From: Chiloscyllium plagiosum
Taxonomy: Eukaryota
NCBI RefSeq assembly: GCF_004010195.1
Contig: NC_057728.1
Span: forward strand, 41,321,870-41,360,197
Direction of reading: 5' to 3'
DNA length: 38,328 bases
A program made the position numbers and the translations under genes. A model generated the notes under the pieces. That model made no database searches, was not told where the DNA came from, and was given only the letters and a program-made list of their open reading frames with translations. Each line of letters starts with the position of its first letter. Positions within the stretch are counted from its first letter, which is position 1. Shown here piece by piece: positions 24,201 through 35,096 of the stretch.

Positions 24201-25054
24201 CTAAATTATTGCACAATTAATAACGTGAATCTTAAATGTTATCTCGTATGCATACGCTCACGTGCATTCATTTAGCACGCAGATTGTTTTGTTAATGGCA
24301 GTCATTTAAGGGTTGTCATAGACCAGTTCTAAAGCAAAATTTATCAGATTACAATTCTGATTACAAGTTGTTATCATCAACATAAACAGTCATCCTAATA
24401 CCACACAAAAAAACCCTGATTCCTTTTATAAATTTTCATTTTATTCACTCAGGGCATGCAGGCTTCACCGGCAGGACCAGGTTTTACAGTCTTTCCCCAA
24501 TTGTGCTTTCGAAGGGGACAGCTCATCACCATCTTCTCAAGGGCTATTCAGAATGCGCAATAAATGCTGGTCCAATCAAAAATGCCCACATTCACTTCAT
24601 GAATAACTAACCACTTACTTCAATTCTGAAAAGGTCATTGAGTTTGGCAGTGCATCCAATGCCATTCCCATCCTCTAGTCAAAGATTATACATGCAAGAG
24701 TAGGCTATTCAATCCTCAAATGTGTTCTATCATTTTATACGATCATGAGCAATGTAAACAAAAATGTTTTGTTTGCAATATGACTGAGCCAAATCATGAC
24801 CCTGTCCGACATGCAGGGACATGTAATTCTGGCAGCAAATACGAGAATAAAATTGCAAGTTGGATTATGTTCTTCTCCCTACACCAATATTACAGAGATC
24901 AAACAACAACCTGACATACATCTGGCGTGAAATTGTCTAACTGGACATAAATCAGAGATTAAACCCGAGTCCTGCTGCTTAGAGATACAGCACACAATGC
25001 ATCTTACCTACTGTATCTGACACAAAGTTCCACATGCACATTTTCCTCATTTTG

Positions 25055-25690
25055 ATTTGTTTTTGTCACATGTACCGAGATACAATGAAAATCATTGTAT
25101 TGCATACTAATCAGACAAAATCATAGCTTACACAAGTACATCATGGTAATAGAACAGAATGCAGAATATGGTGTTATATCTACAGACAAGGTGCAGAGAA
25201 AGATCAACTCTTAATATTAGAGGTGGTTCAGAAGTCTGATGACACTGAGGAAGAAGCTGTTCCTTAATCTGTTGGTATGTTTTCAAACTTTTTTTTTCCC
25301 AGTGGGCAGAAGTTACAAGAGTATAAACTGGAGTGGAGGGGGCGCCTTTGATTATGTTGACTACTTTCCCAAGACAGTGGCAAGTATCAATAGAAGGAAG
25401 GCTAGTTTGTGCATTCACAATTCTCTAATTTCTTTCAGTCTTGGGCAGAGTAGTTGCCATACCAAGTCGTGATTTAACCAAATAGTTGCATCTGTAAAAA
25501 TTGGCAAGAGTCATTGTGAACAAACCGAATTATCTTAGCCTTCTGAGGTAGTAGAGGCATTGGTGTTCATTCTTGACTGTACCATCAATGTAGATGGACC
25601 AGGATAGATTGTTGGTGATATTTCCTCAAAGGAAGTTTAAGCTAAATTACCTCTGCCTCAGGGCCATTGATGCTGACAGAGAAATGTCCT
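25055..25690 (-). mobile_element. Degenerate non-LTR retrotransposon 3' end (Rex/Babar-like)
   Basis: The reverse strand reads HQCLYYLRRL-like and WYGN-like remnants, then a ...tctcggtacatgtgacaaaaa tail. Confidence 0.65.
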
Positions 25691-27139
25691 CCACTCTAAC
25701 TATAGCTACAAAATGAGCCACACAAATTCAAACACATTGCTACTTCTAATCTTATCAGCATGTGTGGAAAATTGGAGCAGCTGCACACGCACAAACGCTT
25801 TGAGAGAATGTTGTGTGATCTGTCTAATATTTTCTGAATAACTATCCAGATAAGTACATCAGAATTGAAACATTTGCAAAGAGTCCCAGAGATAAAAGAA
25901 TGGCCTTTTGGACCCTATTAGACTGCAACAGTTCAAGGAGGCACCTCACCAATCACCCTCAAGGGCAACAAGGGACAGGCAAGAAAAGCTGGCCAGCCAG
26001 CAATGCCCACGTCTTACGAGTGAATTCAGAAAAAGGTCTATGCGTTAAAACTTTGGCAGGGTCCAGAATGCACATCTTAGTCATATGGCCAGAGATCAGA
26101 AGATTCAAGCTCGTGTATAGCAATGATGTTCCAGAAATACTGCACTGGTTAACCAGTGCTGTGATTTTACATGAAACAGGATATAAACTAAATTACAGCA
26201 ATCTTCATTGAATTGAAAGCAGCGTATCAATATTAGCTTTCAACTACAAATACCCTACACTGTAGAGAACAAAGTGTGCCTTGAGACAGAAGCTATACTT
26301 CAGGTTTTATAGTCCTACCTTTTAATTTTGCTGTACTTCCATATGCCTGTGATTATGAATGACATTTGTAACTTTATTTTTAAAAATGCAATCTGAAGTA
26401 TTCACTTCTTGTGACGCTATCAACTAATAGAGTAAAAACAAACTTGGCTTCACCTTTTATAGATAGAACTATGAATTCTTATATTTCCTCTCTGTTAATA
26501 TTGGTAGCTTTCAACCAACAGGATCACAAAAAAGTACATTCAGTTCGGAAAATGTACCAGGTGGTGGTTATTTTAAAATTCCGAATATTAGCTCGCATTA
26601 GTAATCATAAATCAATTGGGTAGGGCTGCAAGTCCCCTCCAGGTTGAATTCTGAATACTGCAGGCAAATGCTGTATACACTAAACTACAGTTACTGAAAT
26701 TTGTGGATCAAATTGTTAAACTAAAGACATTCAGACCACATAAAATCAATGAAACTAGTTTGTACTTGAATATTGAGCATTTCGACACAAGCAGAATGTT
26801 AAAAGAAAACGTTAGTTTTTGGTGCTGGGAGTGATTTATTAAGGAAACTTCTGAAAATCTGTAATAAACTAGCAGAAATGGTGAGAAACTGTTTCATGAA
26901 TTTGGAAAATTGACTTTAAAATGCTTCATTGTCCAAACATCCATTTTGGCTGCACAAAAAAGGACCTGTAATTGATATAATAACCTGCAAATGTAAGTAA
27001 GTGTTTATCATTCTAAACTTCTTGCACTGCAGTTCGACAAAACATTTCTAAATGAGCTCAAAAGATACTTCTATAAGATTTATCCATTTATATCAATATG
27101 CACACCAGACAGAGAATTTTACTCGTTAGATTTAATGGG

Positions 27140-27400
27140 ACAAAAGATATAAAAGAGACCTCGGGGCAACTTTTTCCATGCAGAGGGTGGTCCATGTATG
27201 GAATGAGCTGCCAGAGGAAGAAGTGGTGGAAGCTGTACAATTGCAGCATTTAAAAGGCATTTGGATGGGTATATGAATAGGATGTGTTTACAGAGATATG
27301 GGCCAAATGCTAGCAAATGGGACGAGATTAGGTTAGGATATCTGGTTGGCATGGATGAGTTGGACTGAAGGGTCAGTTTCCATGCGGTATATCTCTATGA
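27140..27400 (+). mobile_element. CR1 3' end fragment
   Basis: Closely parallels 34795-35058. Confidence 0.85.
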
Positions 27401-27485
27401 ATCGATGCTACTGAATTCTGAAGATTACGTACAACGTTTCAATACAGAGCAAAATCTATAATCCAAAAAGCGACACAAAGCTTAC

Positions 27486-27845
27486 CTGAACTATTTATGG
27501 CTGCAATAATGCTTTTTGCAAAGTTTGGTTCTTGTATTGCCTCCTTATCTGCAATCCTTTGTAAGGTCATCAACAGGTTTGAAAATTCAAGGTTACTATC
27601 CTCTGTCAAAGTCTCAATAAATTGTTTTTTATGTTGCTCATGAACTTTACATGCTGTTAGGAACAGGCTGAAAATTTCCTTTCTTTGCTTTGCCAGATGA
27701 CTCCTCAGACTGTAGGATGTACATTGTAAATACCATTTCTTCTGGATGCACTTGATCTTTGCAGCCACTTTCCACCATGGGTCTGTAAAATGAAACCTTC
27801 CAGACACCTTGTAAGTTCTGTTGGAGTCAAGGTCATTGATTTTAA
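27486..27845 (-). CDS. HELB: HELB exon 2 (KINDLDSNRTYKVSGRFHFTDPWWKV...AINSS)
   Basis: tttccctag acceptor, G|gtaagc donor, 360 nt, phase 1-1. GRF...PWW N-terminal motif. Confidence 0.9.
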
Positions 27846-29779
27846 CTAGGGAAAGGTAGATAAATACAGAGATATTAAGTCTGACTGCTAACTTAAGGTT
27901 TCAACACTAAATCATTTATTTACATCTCTTCCAACTAATTTTGCTTTCAAAGATGCCCACCTTCTCATATGAAATCACTGAGGAAATAAGAATAGTTTTA
28001 AAACTGTTCTGTAAGGATTCATCATATTGCATTTTCAATAATTTGTTAACAATGGCTTTCATTTGATCTAAATAAGGCTTATTTATATGATATTTTATTC
28101 CCTACTCAGTTTTACAACTTTCCTGAAGATGTTGTACAATTTTATGCACAGCTGCAGTGAAAGAAACATTCAATCTTGGTGTTAATCAAGTACTGTTCTA
28201 AAAGAATACAGAATTTTGAGTTTTAGGTACAAAAGCAAGTTCATGTATGCCCAATACTTCTAAATCTTTACCAACCATCTTTCAATCCCTCCATTTGTAA
28301 TAAGGCTACCACCTCTAGGTTCAGGGCATTTTGCAATTGTGTTTGTCAGAGGCTGTCTTCAAATTACAATCACTACGATGACTTGCCTCGGAACACTACA
28401 CCACCCAGACTTGGAACGACATCACCATTTCTTCCTTGTTGCTGGATTAAAATCTCGGAATTCCTTTCTAACAGCTCTGCTCAAGTACTAGATTCTTGTT
28501 AGATTCACAGGAAATTTGAGTGTAACCTGACAAACTGCATGGTTGTGCCCGGAGATGAACCTCCAGGCCATTTGCTCCTTCCAGAGTATAGCTTTAAGGA
28601 TACTGGCTGCCATCTTATATCTTTCCAAAAAAACACTTTCACATGCCATCACATCAGAGCTAATTGCTTTGATTTGTAAGTAGCCAATCTGTTTGCATTA
28701 ATCATCCAATGTCAAAAACTGCAAAATCTTGAATGATACCCAAAGTATATCTCCTAACATCTTAAAATGTTGACAAATAAGATAACTATACAATTTCAAA
28801 ATGGATGAAGAATGGCCTTCATTCACAGGCACAATCACAATTGCTGAAACAAGCAGAAATATCCCTTTCCCCCAGTTCCAAATGCTCATTATCTTTTCAT
28901 GGTTTTCTCTACTCTAATTATCTCTACCATATTCTGTGTTGATCTTGCAATCATGTTTATTAATTAAGATGCTTTATCACTTTTGCAGTTACTGATTAGC
29001 AAATCGTCAACCATAAATCTGAGTATTTCCAGCATTTCTCGTAACATCAGTGTTGCACTTTTGACCAAGTGATATAATCAGAGTTTTTTGGCGTAGTTTG
29101 TTCCTATACAACAGACTAGATTTTTCTGCAGTACAGCCAATACAAGTGATCAGTTTTCACCATATTACTGCTGTTAAAATGATAGTAACTCAACCATGCC
29201 TTCAGTTAAATCCAAAGTTGCTGTCAGTCATTCCATACTTCTTCACAAAATACTCCGGATTGCAAATGAGGCAAGAATCTTTAAGCCAAAATATACTCTC
29301 TCCTTGCTAAAACAATTCTTGTAAAAGACATTGAATATTGTGAACCTATAGAGTGAAGTAGAACTGTTTTCAATAATATATCAAGCCCAAATTCTTTACT
29401 CAAAAGCCTCATTGTCCCTGAAAAATTAATTTTATATATTGAAAGGTCGACTTTTGCCACAAAATTAAAAATTCATATTTTCAAAGAAACACTTTCTTTA
29501 AAACTCAATATTTCAGCTTGTAACTCTTATGCCCTCTCACTGAAATTTAATTAAAATCAAAGGATAAGAAGTACATTTATTCCTGCTTCACTATCTTCAG
29601 AATATTTCAACAGCCCATTTGCCACAAACCATATCTGATGTGGATTTTTCACTTTGCAGATGTCAATTTAAATCTGATTCAAAGTCAAAAGGATTTCCAG
29701 GTGTGCACGAAGAAAAATCATCCAGGTAAGCAGTCAATCATGCTGAAGTATTCCCATACCAGGAAAGAAATTAAACTAA

Positions 29780-30172
29780 ACAGGTCATGAGGGCAGCCCT
29801 GAGCTGGAAGGTTGGAAATGGGGTAAGGTGGACTTCACCAGTTTCCTCATTCCCCTCCGTCCCCCACCTTACCCCAGTTCCAACCCGCCAATCTCCTTTC
29901 CCACCTATCTGCTCCACCCTCCCCTCTGACCTATCACCTCCATCCCCACCCCCATTCACCTATTGTACTCTTGACTACCTTCTCCCCAGCCCCACCGACC
30001 CCCACTTATCTCTCTACTCTGGAGGCTCCCCTGCCTCCATTCCTGATGAAGGGCTTTTACCCGAAACGTCGATTTTCCTGCTCCTCTGATGCTGCCTGAC
30101 CTGCTGTGCTTTTCCAGCACCACTCTATTCTAAACTCTGGTTTCCAGCATCTGCAGTCTTCACTTTTGCCTA
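29780..30172 (+). mobile_element. Penelope-like 3' terminal repeat with a short inverted 5' segment and a hammerhead motif
   Basis: ggttggaaatggggtaaggtgg (~29810-29831) is inverted relative to ccaccttaccccagttccaacc (~29863-29884). C-rich tract, hammerhead, and the same tail as 12490-12615. Confidence 0.8.
30043..30070 (+). ncRNA. Minimal hammerhead ribozyme motif CUGAUGA-A-GGG(CUUUUA)CCC-GAAAC-GUC
   Basis: Intact core with a GUC cleavage triplet and a 3-bp stem II. Antisense to HELB. Confidence 0.7.
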
Positions 30173-30877
30173 GTTGATTTTAAAATTAACTGCACAGCCA
30201 ATTAATGCGTTCAACAGCAATTATGAATTTAGAACGCTGATAAAACCTATTCAAAAATTTTGATTTTTCATGGTTTTTATAAGTGAAAACCTAGTCAGTT
30301 TCGTTTTCTGTTGTGTAACCTCCAGGGTGCAATCAAACATTCGTAAGGGAAAATCAGCAACAGCTTCCAGATTACGGGGTTTAATTGAACCTGTGCCGAT
30401 TCCAGGTGTTGCTACCAGAGTCAGAAGAGGAACACCAATGAATATTAATAAAAATTGCTATCATTAGTGTCGCAAAATCTACATCATTGTGATGAGAGGT
30501 CCAAATCTAACTTCGCCACTGACCACAAAATCTAGGCCACTGTGCACATGCCACAAATTAAAAGACAGACAATGCCGGGAATATTTTGCAGGTTTGGCGG
30601 CATCCGTGGACAGTGAGACACAGTTAATACTTCAGATCCGAAATCTTTACTGAGGTCACGAGCCTGAAACGTGAATGGTGTTTCTCTGTCCACATCCTGC
30701 CAAGCCTGCTGAGTATCCCGAGCTTTAGTTTTAATTTAAGATTTCCAGTTGCTGGAGTACAAGACCCGTTGCAGGCCACTTCAGTCAGTAAGGAAGTGAG
30801 GTTTTACCAGCGATTGTCTTGCTGCTTTGCACCATAAACTACATTTGAACAAACTACAAAGAAACGTTTTGTTTTAC

Positions 30878-31079
30878 CGAACCGCCGAGCAACAGAAGAG
30901 GTTCTGACGGAAACTGCGCCGTCAGACACGCTCATCATGTCTTGGAGGTCCAGGAACTGCGGGTCATCATCATCCTCGTCCTCTGTATCTGAACCTTCCT
31001 TCGCTACATCGTTCTTTAAAGGCAAAAAGTATCCATTTACAACAAGGGACTTGCCCAAGGCCGCGCGCTGCCTGGACAT
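30878..31079 (-). CDS. HELB: HELB exon 1 coding part (MSRQRAALG...DTEDEDDDDPQFLDLQDM...VARRF)
   Basis: gccgcaATG start context, G|gtaaaa donor, 202 nt phase 1 matching exon 2. Acidic run followed by F-L-D as in the HELB N-terminus. Locally CpG-enriched. Confidence 0.85.
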
Positions 31080-31215
31080 TGCGGCAGATCCTGTGACCGA
31101 TCCAGCCTGCTCACAGCGATCTCAACTCGGTCCCACCCTCCACCCACTAACACAAAAACAGGAAGTTGCGGGAGAAACTCGGCAGGTCTGGCAGTTCCCG
31201 TTGGAATTCAGCTGA
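31080..31215 (-). promoter_or_regulatory. Putative HELB 5' UTR / proximal promoter with an ETS site (CAGGAAGT, 31159-31166) next to an E2F-like site (GCGGGAGA, 31168-31175)
   Basis: Motifs are seen directly upstream of the ATG. No clear TATA box. Function is inferred. Confidence 0.4.
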
Positions 31216-31249
31216 GTTTAACGTCTGTCACTCACCAGCAGAATTTAGT

Positions 31250-32340
31250 AGCGATGAAAAATGTGACATTTACTCTGGGGAGGGGGAGCGGTCAGCAGGA
31301 TAGATGGAGCCCAATCCCTTAGAGAGTGACAGAGAGAGAAAGAAAGATATTAAAAGGGTAAGTACACAAGAGATTATGGATAGCAGACCAGTACATAAGA
31401 AAGGTTGAATAAAGGATAATAAGAGTGCGATGATGGGTTAGGTATGCTAAATGCTTCCCATGTAATATGACAATAGGCCTAGGAATACCTGACTACGGGT
31501 GACTGTGCTAAAAACAACCCATGCCGTACCAGGACCAGGTGAGGGGTCGGTAAAAATATGGAACTTGGAATCAGATTCTAAAATCCTAGAAGCTGCAGAG
31601 TCACCAAGCAGAAAATGAGATGTTACTCTGAGCTTGCACTGAGGCTCACTGGAACACTTCAGTCGGCCTCTAGTCTAGACCCTGCAACAGAACTATTGGC
31701 ATGGAAACACAGTGGTATCTTGAAGTGGCAGGTAACTGGAGGGTCGTGGTGAAAGTGAGGACTTCAATGCTGGAGATTAGAGTCGAGAGTGTGGTACTGA
31801 AAAAGCACAGCAGGTCAGGCAGCATCCGAGGAGCAGGAGAAGCGATATTTTGGGCAAAAGCCCTCCATCAGGAATGAAGGCCTCATTCCTGACTAAGGGC
31901 TTTTGCCCAAAATATCGCTTCTCCTGCTCCTCGAATGCTGCCTGACCTGCTGTGCTTTTCCAGTACCACACACTCAACTGGAAGGTCATGGTTATTTGTG
32001 ACAGACATTTTGCATTCAGCACAGCTAAGCTATTTTCTCTCTCTGACCTCTTCATTATCACTTATTTAGCTTTTCTTCTCTGCTGGCCTGTTATCCATAA
32101 CCTCCTTGATAACTTACCCCTTTCATATCTCTCCCCTGTGGGCTCCTATCCACTCACCTCCAATCCCCCACTTCGGTTTCAGCATAAATACCACTTTTTT
32201 TCCCTGATACTAACAGTTTGATGATGGGTCACCAGACTCAAATCTGCTTTCAAATGGAGCCAGACCTGCTGAGTTTCTCCAGCAATTTTTATTTATGTTT
32301 CAGATCTCCAGCATATGCTGTTCTTTGTTTATTTCAGTAC
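31250..32340. mobile_element. Old Penelope-like element remnant (minus-strand endonuclease end plus inverted terminal part), interrupted by the hairpin element 31751-31975
   Basis: aagcagaaaatgagatgttactctgagcttgc reads like RKLEEQHLIFRL on the reverse strand. The 32220-32330 tail resembles family B. Confidence 0.5.
31751..31975 (-). mobile_element. 225-bp Penelope-derived hairpin element (second copy, opposite orientation) with a 17-bp TSD
   Basis: Arms 31781-31877 and 31883-31979. TSD aactgga(g/a)ggtc(g/a)tggt at 31734-31750 and 31976-31992. Confidence 0.85.
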
Positions 32341-32785
32341 TCTCACAGCCTAGCCTCATCCTGCTCACTCTCAGCTCTGCCCAGCTCAGCATCTGTATAG
32401 CCATTCCCAGCCCAGCTGAGCTCAGTGCTCTCAGTCTATCCTAGTCCAGTTCAGCTGAGCAACGTTATAATCTCACTTAGCTCAGCTCCTTCAGAGCCTA
32501 CAATAAAACAAAGAACTGCAGGTGCTGGAAATCGGAAACAAAAATTGCTGGAGAAACTAAGCAGGTCTGGCAGACAGAAAGCAGAATTAACATTACAAGT
32601 CTAAGGTCGCTGAACTCAAAACTTTAGCTCTGCTTTCTCTCCACAGATGCTGCCAGATTTGCTGACTTTATCCAATAATTTCTGTTTCCGATTCCTCGGA
32701 GCTCAGCATAACTGAGCACCCTCACATCCAAGCTAAGCCCAGCACAGCCCAATTCCCTCAGGCTAGCCCAGCATGATCCAGCACC
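32340..32785. repeat. Degenerate CTCAG/CCCAG pentamer array, split by a family-B palindromic element (~32500-32695)
   Basis: ctcagctctgcccagctcag, cccagcccagctgagctcag, ttagctcagctc, gctaagcccagcacagccc. Confidence 0.6.
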
Positions 32786-34208
32786 ATAAAATGTAGGAGC
32801 AGAATTAGACCATTCAGCCCATCAGGTCTGACCTGCCATTCAGTCAGGCTGATATGTTTCTCAACCCCATTCTCCTGCCTTTTTCCCATGACCCTTGATC
32901 CCCTTACTAATCAAGATCCTATCTGTTTCTGTCTTAAATATGCTCAATGACTTGGCCTCCACAGACGTCTGCAGCAATGAGTTCCACAGATCTGTCACCC
33001 TCTGGCCAAAGAAATTCCTCCTCATCTCAGTTCTAAAAGGTTGCTTAATCAAGATCCTATCTGTTTCTGTCTTAAATATGCTCAATGACTTGGCTCCACA
33101 GCCGTCTGCAGCAATGAGTTCCACAGATCTGCCACCCTCTGGCCAAAGAAATTCCTCCTCATCTCAGTTCTAAAAGGTTGCTCTTTTCACTCTGAGGCTG
33201 TGCCCTCAGGTCTTCTCCACACCAATTCTATAACAGACCTCTTTGTATTCTGTAAGTTTCAATCAGCCTTCTAAACTCCATCGAGTACACACCCAGAATC
33301 CTCGACTGTTGCTAATATAACAAATTCTTCATCCCCAGGAACATTCCTCCAACATCAACAGATCCTTCCTTAGATACAGGGCCCAAAATTGCTCACAATA
33401 TTCTAAATGCGGGCTGACCATAGCCTTATAGAGCCTCAACAGTACATCCCTGCAATTGTGTTCTATCACTGTTGAAATGAATGCTAACATTTCATTTGCT
33501 TTCCTAACTGCCAACGGAACTTGCCTGTTAAAAGAACCCTGAACTAGGACTCCAGAGTCCCTTTGTGCTTCAGATTTCCAAAGTCTTTCCCTGTTTAGAA
33601 AATAATCTATGCCTCTATTCTTCTTAACAAAGTGCATAATATCACACTTACCCACATTGTCACTTCTTAGCTAACTATCCTAGCAAGTTATTCTGCAGCC
33701 TTCCTGCTTCCTTAATACTATCCGTCCCTCCACCTATCTTTTTGTCATTTGCAAATTTAGGAACAATGCCCTCAGTTCCTTCATCCAGATTGTTAATGAA
33801 TAACATGAATAGTTTTGGCCCCAACACTGAGCCCTGTGGAACTCCACTAGTTACTTGCCAGCATCCTGAAAAAGACCCCTTTATCCCCACTTTCTGCCAG
33901 TCAGCCAATCCTCTAGCCTCTTATTTAGTAGCCTCCTGTGTGGCACCTTATCAAATGCCTCTGGAAATTCAAATACATCATGTCCACTGCCTCTCCTTTG
34001 TCTAACTTGCTGGTTACCTTCTTAAAGAATGCTACCAGATTTGTCAGGCATGACGTCCCATTGATGAAGCCATGCTTACTCAGCCCTAATTTACCATGTA
34101 CTTCCAAGTACCTGTAATCTCATTCTTAATAATGGACTCTAAAATCTTACCACGACCAAAGTCAGGCTAACATGCCTTTAGTTTCCTGTCTTCTGCCTCT
34201 CTCCTTTC
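32785..34208 (-). mobile_element. Degenerate CR1 LINE (RT and 3' UTR)
   Basis: ORFs [60 protein letters not shown]. Confidence 0.92.
32908..33182. repeat. Tandem duplication (138 + 137 bp) inside CR1
   Basis: Units start at 32908 and 33046 and differ at about three positions. Confidence 0.9.
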
Positions 34209-34211
34209 TTA

Positions 34212-34445
34212 CAGACAAAAAAACTGCAGATGCTAGAAGCCAAGGTAGACAAGCAGGAGGCTGGAAGAACACAGCAAGCCAGGCGGTGTCTGGAGGTACA
34301 CAAGTTAACATTTCGGTTGTAACCCTTATTCAGGACTCAGGGTGGGTATAAGGAGAGCTTCAGATAAAGAGGATGGTGGGGGCAGAGTAGTGAAGTGGGA
34401 ATAGGTGAAGACAAGTAGCTGGGTACAACCTGGTTGGTCAATGCA
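34212..34445 (-). mobile_element. Penelope-like terminal repeat (resumes at ~35059-35096 after the CR1 insertion) with a decayed hammerhead
   Basis: The reverse strand reads ctgaataagggttacaaccgaaatgtt. The G-rich tract resembles 20340-20475. Confidence 0.65.
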
Positions 34446-35058
34446 GAGTATTGAGTAGAGGAGTTGGGGGTCATGTTGCGGCTGTATAGAACGTTGGTTA
34501 GGCCACTATTGGAATATTGCATGCAATCCTGGTCTCCTTCCTGTCGGAAAGATGTTGTGAAACTTGAAAGGGTTCATAAAAGATTTAGAAGGATGTCGCC
34601 AAGGGTTGGAGGATTTGAGCTATAGGGAGAGGCTGAACAGGCTGGGGCTGTTTTCCCTGGAGCATTGGAGGCTGAGGGGTCACCTTTTTGAGATTTTAAA
34701 AATTATGAGGGGCATTGCTCGGGTAAATCGGCAAAGTCTTTTCCCTGGGGTTGGGGAGACCAGAACTAGAGGGCATAAGTTTAGGGTTAGAGGAGAAAGA
34801 TATAAAAGAGACCTAAGGGGCAACTTTTTCACAGAGAGGGTGGTACAGGTATGGAATGAACTGCCAGATGAAGTGATGGAGGCTGGTACAATTGCAACAT
34901 TTAAGAGGCATTTGGATGGGTATATGAATAGGAAGGGTTTGGAGGGATATGGACTGGGTGCTGGCAGATGGGACAAGATTGGGTTGGGATATCTGGTTGG
35001 CATGGACGGGTTGGACCGAAGGGTCTGTTTCTATGCTGTACATCTCTATGACTCTATG
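34446..35058 (+). mobile_element. 5'-truncated CR1 with complete 3' UTR
   Basis: LSYRERLNRLGLFSLE, TRGHKFRV, FFTERVVQVWNELP. Tail ctctatgactctatga. Confidence 0.92.
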
Positions 35059-35096
35059 AATCCAGTAATTGGAGGGGAGGGGGAGGGGCTGGGAAA

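Larger units (their letters stand above)
7253..31079 (-). other. HELB: DNA helicase B gene, complete: 13 coding exons, 3279 nt, 1092 aa (RecD2-like SF1B 5'-3' helicase)
   Basis: Exons spliced by hand with consistent phases. Walker A GKGGCGKT, motif Ia APTGKAA, Walker [51 protein letters not shown]. Tail-to-tail with GRIP1 as in mammals. Confidence 0.95.
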
